Below are positions 42,041 to 52,846 of a stretch of 64,000 nucleotides of DNA, piece by piece (within the stretch, counting starts at the first letter, position 1; each line of letters opens with the position of its first letter). The notes under the pieces were generated by a model. The model ran no database searches. It was not told the DNA's origin and was given only the letters and a program-made list of their open reading frames with translations. The stretch is from NCBI GenBank assembly GCA_965644265.1, contig OZ286467.1, positions 56,358,001-56,422,000 of the forward strand, read 5' to 3'. The DNA is from Glycera tridactyla (taxonomy: Eukaryota). The position numbers and the translations under genes were made by a program.

Positions 42041-42968
42041 TAGTGTGCCTATATTGGCTTCACTAAGGTCTCTGCTTCAACTAGACGGTCTCTATATGCC
42101 TATATATCAAGGAGTGTGCTACCATGATCATGCAAATTGTTGCACTATCTACTCAGCCGTCATTTGTCGCCGCAGTGTACCTAGTTTGGTTTCACTGAGA
42201 CTGTACTCTAATGTACACACAAAATGCCGTCAAATCTTCTAAGCCTAATGGCCTCTATTGGTTTCAACGTAGGCTGTGCCTTCGATGTACACACATATGC
42301 AGTAAAATGTAGCTGAATTACTTTTCGTTCCAGTTTCCCTATTTTGGCTTCACTGTGATTGCTCGCGCAGATATGGTGTATATATATGATGGCCGCTGAA
42401 TTTTTGAGTGTACCCATTCTAGGTTTCACTGTAACTGCTCTCGCCGATGGTGCCTCAGATGTACACACAAATGAATCATATGTAGTGCAGTAAAATCTCA
42501 TTTCACATAGCATGTATAGTGTACCTATCTTGGTTTTCACTATATTATGATGTCCTCCCCTTTTCAGTGTACCTATTTCGGTTTCACTGTAACTGCTCTT
42601 GTTGATGGTGCCTCCGATGTAGATGCAAATGACCCATGTGCAGTAGAGAAAAATTTCACCAACGCGTAACGTGTATAGTGTACCTATTTTGGTCTTCACT
42701 ATATTACCTACCTGGTACAATGCCTCTCATAATCACTCAAGTCTTCTTTCGTTGCGTACTACTCTCTGCTTCCGGTGCCAGTAGATATGTACAGTGCTCT
42801 TGTCTGAGTTTGACTAAACATTTGTCTCAACGTCTGAGATGATTGCTGCCTGTTATTAACTTCTTCAGAGAGGAGACCCACTTAGTCGTACTCTGCACCC
42901 GGTTCGGCCCCAATACTTAACTAATTTATAATTGATCTGTGCAGTGTACTCACATGAGTCTCATTGTA
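42041..42968 (+). ncRNA. Putative structured RNA element: array of about 9 related bulged hairpins in the LINE inter-ORF spacer
   Basis: Consensus YAGTG-T-RCC-(6-7 nt loop)-GGY-TT-CACTR at 42041, 42173, (42247), 42331, 42406, 42515, 42565 and 42674, plus a variant at 42940, with compensatory pair changes between copies. Function unknown. Confidence 0.55.
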
Positions 42969-44108
42969 GCTCATTGTGTTGTTCGACACATTTTGAGCCA
43001 ATTGCAGTTATCTTGACATGGTACTGAGTCTGATGCAGTGTTCATTCTTATTAAGTGACTATACAGTGTGAGCATAGTCAGCACTATAGCCAATTAGCGA
43101 GAATCTACCTTGAAGTTGTCAGGTGACGCTAGCAGAAATCGAGCATAAACAGGCCTTGCTCTAGTATCAATTTCTTGAGTTAAATATGGTGGTGTTGTAC
43201 TGCTCAGAACACTTGGTATTGATATCTTAGTCGTTTGGTGGTTCCTTAAACCAGTGCTACACTTATTTCTTTTCGATTTATGTGCCTTAATGTCTGCACG
43301 TTCATATATTTTTTCTGGTTCAGTGTCTTCCATTAGAGACATATTTGTTCTCTGCTTTAAAACAGATGTGGTCTACATTACCGTGAAGCAATTAATGCTA
43401 TGGTGCATCTTAGTTGATTTTTTCAGCTGTCGACGTTATAAACATGCTGTTTATTTGCTGCTGGTATCTCGGACTAACCTTCTTTTGTATGTCCTGCCAT
43501 GTATTGACGTGTTATCACGGATGTTCTTTTGATCTGGAATGTCAATGGGATATGAATCAGATGTACTTAATGAACAGAACTGGTATAAGTTATCTTACAT
43601 TGATGTCTCCATGGAAGCGAAAAACACGGTTGATCGTTGTGTACTGTATATTACAATACCCAAAATTGACGACCTTTTGAGTTTCTCCTGTATATTTCTG
43701 AGCACCCTCTCTTTATTATAACAGTAATTATTGCCAGTCGTTTTCTCCCCATCCCTTATATGGTGAAATCTTAAACAAGTTAGATTGTATATCTCTGATA
43801 TACTACTTTTGTCGTGACCTTCTACTATAGCCACATCTAATAGTTAAATTTGTGTTATTATTTTAACTCAACTCGGAACTGTTTTCCGGGGCCATTGTGT
43901 TGATTGTTTTTTCGTTTTCATCTTTTTTGGTGTTGGTGACAATCTCGAGTTACCTGTCCCCTCTCAAGGGTTTTCAGGTCTTCTGTGATACCCTACCGGG
44001 TAATTATATAATTGGCGCTGACCTAGTATTAATATTACACCTTGTGTAAACCAAGATGTCCAAAATAATCTCGATTTCTCGATCGAAAGACTCAATCAGG
44101 AAAGGAAG

Positions 44109-46940
44109 ATGGGATTTGCTGCTATCAATGTATGCAGTCTCACTTGCAAGATTGATGAAGTTAGGCTCCTCCTGACTCAAAGTAATCTCGAACTGCTTGT
44201 GCTGTCAGAGACATGGTTAAATGAGTCCATAACTGATAAGGAAGTCCATATCGATGGATATCAAATGTTCCATTCTGACCGCACAGCAGCCTCTGGCAAA
44301 AGCGGAGGTGGGGGACTTCTGATATACTCCAATGCTAAGCGAGAGATACATTACGATGCTGGAAATAATATCTGTTCCCCTCACATCGAGATTATTTGGG
44401 GTAAACTAATCCTTCCCTCGACAAGGCCCACTTATGTTTGTGGGGTCTACCGCCAGCCATCTGGAGATTTGAAATCTGCCCTTGATACTCTTGAAATGTC
44501 AATAAATGCAGTCGTTAATGATGCTCGCGCCGATGTCCTTATTCTTGGGGACTTAAATGTCAACACGTTAATCTTGAACAGCAACAATAGGACATACTCA
44601 CGTTTTCTATCTAGCAATCGGCTCGAGAATTTGATCAGGCAGCCAACACGTGTGAGTAGATTTTCCACTACATGCATCGATCACATACTAGTAAATAACC
44701 GATCTCAGTTTTCATGCTCCGGTGTAATAGATCCAGGTATAAGCGATCATTCATTGGTCTATACATACCGTCAGAGGGTAAAGACCTCGAAAGAAAAGGA
44801 ACTTTTAAGCTTTCGGAGCTTTCGGAATCTTGATGAAGCTAAATTTCAAGCTGATATTATCAAGCTTGGCTTTGACCCCTCTTCCTTCCATGATGTTGAC
44901 CAGTGCCTAGAGCAATTCACTGAAGATCTATGTTCAATCATCAATAAACATATGCCTGTTATCACTAAGTCAAGACGAAAAGAAAACGAGGGATGGGTAA
45001 ATAATCATTACATATCTTTACTTGATGCTAAGTGCTACTGGGCGACAAAACATAACCGAAAGCAGAAACCCAAATTTAAGTTAAAACGCGATGAGCTTAT
45101 TAAAGACTGTGCCAGGCTCAAGCGTCAACTGAAAAGAGATTTTATCTCAAATAAAATCAAACATGCTGGCGATGATGCCAAGAAGCTGTGGCGTACAATT
45201 CGGACATTCTGGCCCAATTCTAAAACCAGCAAGATCCAACCAGTAAACATTGATGGGTATACCTGCCAAAAAGACATAGCGGAATACTTGAATTCTCATT
45301 TTTCGTCAATTGGTGGTAAACTTGCCTCGGCATTTCCTCAGGATGGTATTCTGAGTGCCACTAGAGGGCGCCGTTGCCGCCATCCTGTCTTAGAGTTGAA
45401 GGAAGTGTCCCTCCAGGATGTCAGGGAAGCAATTAAGCTCTTGAGCACTTCAAATGCATCTGGCCAAGACGGAATTACCAGTAGAATTATTAGGCTTGGC
45501 GGTGATACCCTAAATATTGTTCTTTTAGGCATTGTTAATCTTAGTATTCGCTCCTCGTGTTTCCCTGCACAATGGAAGAGAGCCACTGTGACTGCCTTAC
45601 ACAAGGGGGGCTCTCCCACACTTGCAACGAATTTTAGACCTATCTCCGTGCTGGCAGCCATGCGCAAAATCATGGAAAGAGTGGTCCACATTCAGTGTCA
45701 CGCTTATCTTGAAAAGTATGGTTTATTATCGGAGGCGCAGTCGGGTTTCAGGAAGAATCACTCCACGGTGGGCTGTCTGATCGACTTTTGTAATACTATA
45801 TACGACAACATGGATCGGGGAAGTGCCTGTGGAGTGGTCTTCCTGGACCTGACTAAAGCCTTTGATACGGTTGATCACGAACTGTTACTGGAAAAATTAA
45901 AGTATCTGGGTTTCAGGAACTCTGCTATCTCGTGGTTTGGATCATATTTGTGTGAGCGTAGTCAATGTACCAAGTTTGGATCTGAATACTCAGTATCACG
46001 TGCTATTAAGTATGGGGTGCCTCAGGGGTCCATTCTTGGACCCCTTCTATTTGTGCTTTACATCAACGATATGCCTGATGTGATCACTAGCTCAAAGGTT
46101 TTCATGTATGCAGATGATACTGCTGTACTTGCCACTGGGTCTACAGAAGATGATATAATTGCCAAGTTAAGCAGCGACTTTGTATTACTTGATAGATGGT
46201 TCAGTGACAATCGCCTTACTCTAAATCGTGATAAGTCAAAATACATGCAATTTGGAACTCGACAGAAGTTGTCAACTATCACTTCAAATGCTAACGATGT
46301 TCTTGGTTTCGAGAGGTTGTCATCCTTTAAATATCTCGGGGTGAAGCTTGATCCCCAATTATCATTCGAGAACTATGTGGACAGCATCGTGAATAAAGAC
46401 AGATCGCGAACTGGATTGCTATGGCGTGTCCGTAGTCATATAGATACTAAATTAGCAAAACGATTGGCTCAAGCATTAATAATGCCTCTCTTCGAGTACG
46501 CAGACATCCTGCTCCTGGGACTCAATACAAATCTTAGAAATAAACTGAAAGTGGCCCATAATAACTGCCTTCGTGCCGTTCTCTGCGAGGACCCACATAC
46601 ATCAACTACCAGATTACTGGAAGAGAGTGGTTTCATAGATGTAGCTAAACGAAGGGAACGCCATGGGGTCTGTGAACTATATAAGATGCTGGATGGAAGT
46701 TGCTCGAACAGACTTCCTGAGATTTGTGAATTGAAATTTTCCTGGCCAGGGGTGCATCCTACCTCACTTCTGACAAGGTCTAGAGGCATAAATCTCTTGA
46801 AGATACCGAAAACTAGGCTAAAATGTACTGATAGTAATTTCTTTGTTGCATGTGGCGTGCTGTGGAATGCGCTCCCTCTTGAAATTAGATGTGCTCCCAC
46901 AGTTGAGAGCTTTAAGTCAAAACTCAAAACGTTTTACTGA
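44109..46940 (+). CDS. LINE ORF2: APE endonuclease plus reverse transcriptase, 943 aa, uninterrupted
   Basis: EN motifs INVCSL, LSETWL, VYRQP, ILGDLN, CIDHIL, SDHSLV. RT motifs FRPISVL, QSGFR, FLDLTKAFDTVDH, GVPQGSILGPLLF, YADD, KYLGV. C-terminus LWNALP..FKSKLK typical of the CR1/L2 group; no CCHC. Confidence 0.97.
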   Translation: MGFAAINVCSLTCKIDEVRLLLTQSNLELLVLSETWLNESITDKEVHIDGYQMFHSDRTAASGKSGGGGLLIYSNAKREIHYDAGNNICSPHIEIIWGKLILPSTRPTYVCGVYRQPSGDLKSALDTLEMSINAVVNDARADVLILGDLNVNTLILNSNNRTYSRFLSSNRLENLIRQPTRVSRFSTTCIDHILVNNRSQFSCSGVIDPGISDHSLVYTYRQRVKTSKEKELLSFRSFRNLDEAKFQADIIKLGFDPSSFHDVDQCLEQFTEDLCSIINKHMPVITKSRRKENEGWVNNHYISLLDAKCYWATKHNRKQKPKFKLKRDELIKDCARLKRQLKRDFISNKIKHAGDDAKKLWRTIRTFWPNSKTSKIQPVNIDGYTCQKDIAEYLNSHFSSIGGKLASAFPQDGILSATRGRRCRHPVLELKEVSLQDVREAIKLLSTSNASGQDGITSRIIRLGGDTLNIVLLGIVNLSIRSSCFPAQWKRATVTALHKGGSPTLATNFRPISVLAAMRKIMERVVHIQCHAYLEKYGLLSEAQSGFRKNHSTVGCLIDFCNTIYDNMDRGSACGVVFLDLTKAFDTVDHELLLEKLKYLGFRNSAISWFGSYLCERSQCTKFGSEYSVSRAIKYGVPQGSILGPLLFVLYINDMPDVITSSKVFMYADDTAVLATGSTEDDIIAKLSSDFVLLDRWFSDNRLTLNRDKSKYMQFGTRQKLSTITSNANDVLGFERLSSFKYLGVKLDPQLSFENYVDSIVNKDRSRTGLLWRVRSHIDTKLAKRLAQALIMPLFEYADILLLGLNTNLRNKLKVAHNNCLRAVLCEDPHTSTTRLLEESGFIDVAKRRERHGVCELYKMLDGSCSNRLPEICELKFSWPGVHPTSLLTRSRGINLLKIPKTRLKCTDSNFFVACGVLWNALPLEIRCAPTVESFKSKLKTFY

Positions 46941-47187
46941 GAAAAACTGTGTCTACATAGCTTTCACTTACCTATGAGCATACATATATTTCAGTCTCAG
47001 GCCTTTATTTGATGGTTGATGACCCCAGGCATGTGGTAACCTGTATATAGTATGGGGTCTGGTGCTATGAGCATAGAAACTGTTAATTTGATTTTGTAGT
47101 GGTATCATGCTCTGTATTTTGGTGAAACCTAACTCTCTTTAGGACTTCGTTTATGCAACTACTCTGTACCAATGCACTGGATCATGT

Positions 47188-47390
47188 GGTCATGCTTAGA
47201 TGGTCACTATTTTCTGTGACTCCCTGTGTTTAGTATTTAGTATCTGATTTATATCTCGGTCTTTTGAATGGTCATGCTTAATTGTGATTACTGTCTCTCG
47301 CCACTCGGCACACTATCTTGTGTTGCCCTGTGTTTAGTTTTTGGTACTTAATATTATATCTAGGTCTTTTGAAAGGTTATGCTTAGCTGT
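47188..47390 (+). repeat. Imperfect 82-105 bp direct repeats in the LINE 3' UTR
   Basis: GGT(C/T)ATGCTTA at 47188, 47270 and 47375, with shared CCCTGTGTTTAGT and ATATCT.GGTCTTTTGAA blocks. Confidence 0.75.
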
Positions 47391-47839
47391 GTTGCATAAT
47401 TAGGATATCGTAGACCTGTTTATGTTTATGTTTCTTAAATGTCTTGCCTCGATGATTATAGCTTGTGCGTAGGGTTGGAGTGGTACTCGTACTGTGTCTT
47501 GGGAATGGTTGTTTAATTTATGGATAGCACTACCTAGCTTAGATTATGCATGACGACGAAAAATGTATACCTTCAAGTTTATATAACGGTTTGTCGCGGA
47601 ACTCGATATAGGTATGTTTTTGACGACAGGGGAGTCAACCTATTCATGCCTACTCGGTTGAGTTGAAATGAGCATTAATGTCTGTACTCATATATGGACA
47701 GAATACATATTCTTAATGACCTGAAATGTCTAACGAATCGTCAGCAGCTTTGATTTTGTTCTATTTTTTGATGTTTCTTTGTATTTGTATTCTCAATGGG
47801 AAATATGGTCACTTGTTTTGGCCCCCCAGTCCAGAATTC

Positions 47840-47881
47840 AATAAAGTTTTTTCCTATTGTCTATTGTCTATTGTCTATTGT
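47840..47881 (+). terminator. LINE polyadenylation signal and (CTATTGT)4 microsatellite tail
   Basis: AATAAA at 47840-47845; four perfect heptamers at 47854-47881. Confidence 0.85.
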
Positions 47882-49229
47882 TAGCGCGCATAGGGTAGCG
47901 GCGGTGGGGTTGGCTGCTCTTTAGTGCGGTCTAAACCACAGGTTTCTTGTTCTAATTTTTGTCAGTTGAACTACAGACCGAAGCGGTAGTGGTGAGAAGA
48001 AGGCTGCTCACAGAGTAGGCATCATTGAAAAGGACCCGACTATCAAAGAGTAGTTATTGGCAAAATAGCTATCGCATTGGTCGCTGAATCGATCGAAGGC
48101 ATCTTTAGAAATCAGAGTGTGAATCAAAAAGTTGAGTGAAAAGGTGACAGCAAATCATGATGGGCAGCAAGATGATGAATTGGTGCTGAGATTCCGTTAC
48201 TTCATCCTCCATGGAAGCATGATCATCCCTCAGTGCGACGGGTGTCTGTGCAAGATAACACCTCCATTCCGGGTGCATCGAGTGATAAAACACAAGGGAG
48301 CATCACCTAGTGTGATATTCATAATTTGTCCACGTTCAATATTGATTGCTTTTTCCCCAAAAAGGCATCCCCAGACAATCACTGGTCTTTGGGATCCATG
48401 TATTTTTGCTCATATCTGAAATGCAGTCGAAATTACAAACTGGTGCTCAAGTTCAAGCTGATAGAGTGTCTTCACCGATGGGACCGTTTCATCCTGGAGT
48501 TTTATCGAGTTGAGGTATGCCTGACCTATCACAAGATATCTGTGAAGTTGATACTTCATAAGCGATCAGACCTTACTTGCATTCATGCAGAACCAAACCG
48601 CATAACCCGTGAAAAGATACTGTGCAGGATATGCATAGGAACAATCCGCTTGCATGAATGAATGAATTGATTGATTTGTTGGAAATCGATGGCATGTACC
48701 AGGTCAAAGGATTGAGTAGCATGCGTGGTCCATGTCTTTGAACAATGATTGCTCTCTTCGCTGTAGGCATCACAGAAATTCCAAGTGAGAGATGACGGGG
48801 AATAAAAAATAGCATCAGTTGAAAGTGATATGATCGTTATATGCTTTCAGATATATTTGATTAACCTAAGAATGTCATGTCTAGCGGTATATGGCTCGAC
48901 GCTAGCACGACAGCAATGCCTTTTGATAGAGCACATTGCATGAACTGATGAGGGTTCTAGTTCGATATAAGCACTATCAGGTGACATAGAGATCCGATTA
49001 AGAGAATACCTCAATCATATCATTGATCGATAGTTTGGCCCTTGATTACATCGTGCGTCTGTTTTGGGTAGCTTCTGGGTAGGAGCCAAGGTGAATGTCC
49101 GATGTGTCATGTCTCGATTCTGTCATTCTGTCGTCCTTCAATTATCACGCAACAGCAAATCTCTACGTCATATATTCGGTGCCATGTCCGATTGCCAGTA
49201 AGGTAGTGATTTTGGCGGTCACAAAGAAA

Positions 49230-49990
49230 GGTGGTTTGATAAGTAGATGTATAGGTAGTTGGGTAGATGAATAGGTGNNNNNNNNNNNNNNNNNNNNNNN
49301 NNNNNNNNNNNNNNNNNNNNNNNNNNNNNNNNNNNNNNNNNNNNNNNNNNNNNNNNNNNNNNNNNNNNNNNNNNNNNNNNNNNNNNNNNNNNNNNNNNNN
49401 NNNNNNNNNNNNNNNNNNNNNNNNNNNNNNNNNNNNNNNNNNNNNNNNNNNNNNNNNNNNNNNNNNNNNNNNNNNNNNNNNNNNNNNNNNNNNNNNNNNN
49501 NNNNNNNNNNNNNNNNNNNNNNNNNNNNNNNNNNNNNNNNNNNNNNNNNNNNNNNNNNNNNNNNNNNNNNNNNNNNNNNNNNNNNNNNNNNNNNNNNNNT
49601 AGGTAGGTCGGTAGGTCAGTAGGTCGCTGGGAAGTCGGTAGGTCAGTAGGTAGGTTGGTAGGTGGGTATTTGGGTAAGTACGTAGGTAGGNNNNNNNNNN
49701 NNNNNNNNNNNNNNNNNNNNNNNNNNNNNNNNNNNNNNNNNNNNNNNNNNNNNNNNNNNNNNNNNNNNNNNNNNNNNNNNNNNNNNNNNNNNNNNNNNNN
49801 NNNNNNNNNNNNNNNNNNNNNNNNNNNNNNNNNNNNNNNNNNNNNNNNNNNNNNNNNNNNNNNNNNNNNNNNNNNNNNNNNNNNNNNNNNNNNNNNNNNN
49901 NNNNNNNNNNNNNNNNNNNNNNNNNNNNNNNNNNNNNNNNNNNNNNNNNNTTGATAGGTAGGTAGGTGGGTTTGCGGATTGGTAGGTTGT
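49230..49990. repeat. (TAGG)n-like microsatellite flanking two N gaps
   Basis: Direct reading. Confidence 0.85.
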
Positions 49991-52179
49991 TCGGAAAATT
50001 GGTCCATCGGTGAATTAGATAGTTGATTGCTGGGTTCGGTTATGAGTATTTGTAATAAGTAACAACGGTGATGATGATAACAATAATGTCAATAGTCAGG
50101 TCAGGAACAATTCTGATTTTATCGATTCCCCTTGATAGAAATGGAGGAAAAAAAACAGATATCCAAATATATCCTACAGGGCAGACATATAAATACGATC
50201 GCAAAAAACACTGAGCTCATAAGGAGAAAGCACAATAGCTCCATGAATGAGTCTCTGTCTAACACCAGTCAGTTTGAGGATCACCAAATAAGAGAATCCA
50301 AAATGTTCACAAATGTTCGAAACGATTAAATAGTGTATGACAAGATGAGGTGTCTAAGAAGTGTTTAACTGTTAAATGGCTTTTTGCAACACTCTTGTAG
50401 ACACATAGACATGTTTATCAGATAACGAATAAACACCTATATATTTATCAGTTGATCATATGTGTTTATCTGGTCAAACATCTTAAAGTATACATGCTTG
50501 TTCACGTGGCTTGTATAGGCCCGCTTTGACTCAATGCAGTGGGATTCAATAGGAGATCAACGAGCATATTCGATCCTCCGTTCAGAGTGCCGTCGTCATA
50601 GACAGATCCAAAACCCTTCAGTTCTCTTCAATATGCTCTGTCCGAATCCATCACCTTAACAGCGGCAACATGGAATCTACATATCAGTGTCCATATAGGC
50701 TAATCTTGCCCAGGATTAGCAGCTTATGTCATCTTTTATTTTATTTATTTTTATTTATTTTGGTTTTTTTTCGGGGGGGGGGGGGGGGCTGGTCACCAGT
50801 AGTTGTGTGTGGGTCTGTGCATATTTTGTGGTCCGTATGATGGTCGGTACTTTCGAATGATCAGTAATGAAAAATGATTTGTAGCAATTTTATTTCTGAA
50901 ACCATCGATGAGTCAGTCCTTGAAAAACTCCACATCTATGTCAGTGCGACACTCAGTTATTCTGTATCTTCCTATAGATTGACCGGCATCAGATTCCTGA
51001 TTGTTATAATACTGATATAATGAGAGAAACGTAGGAAATAATCTGAGCCGACAAGAGCTAATGGAAGCCTTCTGGCGTATGATTTCGCATTGAGATAACA
51101 ATGCTAACAGTACGGCCGTGGGTATCAATGCCAAGAAAACATCACTAAAGTTGCGGGGAACTCGTAATAGATGTTCCACGCAATATGCCACCCACAATTC
51201 ACAATAAGACTGAACTGGAAAGGACTAATGAGGTCATATCTGCTTCAGCAAGTCAATTGATTTTGACCTCTGTAGGGCAAGGACGACGTGAGGATGATTA
51301 ATCCGAGGAGCTCAACTAATCAGATTTGTTTTTATCAACTACATCATGGCTAACAAAACAACGTATCTTGTTCTACATTCATCGCAGCGAATATGATATA
51401 TTGTGTAGCGACACGAAGGTCATTTGATGAGATCTCGTGTCAGGGTCTTTGGAGGTGATTCAGCGTATTGCAACAACTGAATTCTATACGCCGCAATGAG
51501 TGAATGTGAAATAGGAAAGTGATGAGGATAAGAATTGAGTTTGCAATGCCGTAGGCTATGCTGGAAATAGTCTGTTGAAAGGTGGAGGACAGCGAACGCA
51601 GCTGGGTGCCGAAAGCTGAATGATTGTCTGGCTTTGATATTTCGAAGATCCTCCATACGCCAGCACTTTCACTAGGACATACTCTGAGGCCTGCATAGCC
51701 TATTTACTTAGAAGGTGATGAAGATTGAATACATAAGGTGAAAGCATAATGGGATACGCCGCCAAGTTTTACTTGAATAGTCGATAGATTCCATAAAAAG
51801 TCATAGTGAGTTGACGCTATGTCATGAACAGGACCGGCATGATTCTAATATGGCTCTGTGGCCAAAAATATGTGGGTTGCTCTCTCTGGAAAACTCCATA
51901 AACAAGATTCTACCTTTACTCACACTATTTTCTCTGAGTGCATGTATGCTAGCTATGGTGCTAGGGCTACTGGTGGATGGCCTGGGCATTAGGTGGTAAG
52001 ACTAATTGAAAGCCGACAAGCAAAAAATCCGTGTGCCCTTAGTGTCCAGCGTTTATTGTGTGTGATTTCTGGGTATCACAGAAACGTATCTGTCAAACTG
52101 TTGAATATGGGGCATGCAGTGAACTAAATATGTGTCTGTTCATTGATACTACGGGCACCGAGGAAATCTCTGGAAGTTC

Positions 52180-52846
52180 AGAGGGGTTTGGGTTGATGTC
52201 TTACAAGGAGATTTCAGCCTATAGTTATGGGGGATTACGGGATCAGCCCTGAATAGGAGAGGGTTGGTGTCCCATGTCTCACAAGGATATTTCAGCCTAT
52301 AGTTGAGATATTCAGGAAGTCAGGATTAGCCCTGAATGGGAGAGGGTTGGTGTCCCATGTCTTACAAGGAGATTTTAGCCTATAGTTGAGATATGAGGGA
52401 TGATGGGATCAGCCCTGGCTGGATAGGAGAGGGTTGGTGTCCCATGTCTTACAAGGAGATTTTAGCCTAAAGTTGAGATATGGGGGATGACGGGATCAGC
52501 CCTGGATGGGAGAGGGTTGGTGTCTCATGTCTTACAAGGAGATTCCAGCCTATAGTTGAGATATGAGGGATGATGGGATCAGCCCTGGATGGGAGAGGGT
52601 TGGTGTCTCATGTCTTACAAGGAGATTTCAGCCTATAGTTGAGATATGGGGGATGACCGGATTAGCCCTGGATGGGAGAGGGTTGGTGTCCCATGTCTTA
52701 CAAGGAGATTTCAGCCTATAGTTGGGATATGGGGGATGAAGGGATCAGCCCTGGATGTGATAGGGTTGGTGTCCCATGTCTTACAAGGAGATTTCAGCCT
52801 ATAGTTGAGATATGGGGGATGACCGGATTAGCCCCGGATAGGAGAG
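52180..52846. repeat. 83-bp minisatellite, about 8 copies
   Basis: GGGTTGGTGTC at 52261, 52344, 52431, 52514, 52597, 52680 and 52763. Confidence 0.93.

Larger units (their letters stand above)
38101..47883 (+). mobile_element. Apparently full-length CR1/L2-group (L2/Crack/Daphne-like) LINE, about 9.8 kb, three ORFs, antisense to the host gene
   Basis: Contains ORF1, an esterase ORF, EN-RT ORF2, AATAAA (47840) and a (CTATTGT)4 tail (47854-47881). Candidate TSD GCGCGCA at 38094-38100 and 47884-47890. Confidence 0.9.

Noticed and set aside
42041-42703. CRISPR-like reading of the repeated motif with variable spacers
   Set aside because: Eukaryotic LINE context with no cas genes. Spacer lengths are irregular and spacers are related to each other, not unique.
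42208-42720. 170-aa antisense ORF with KTKIGTL-like repeats
   Set aside because: It is the reverse translation of the hairpin/tandem repeat array, with no recognisable domain.
43915-43975. Degenerate 2A-like peptide upstream of ORF2 (FFGVGDNLELPVP)
   Set aside because: It lacks the essential NPGP and is separated from ORF2 by three in-frame stops.
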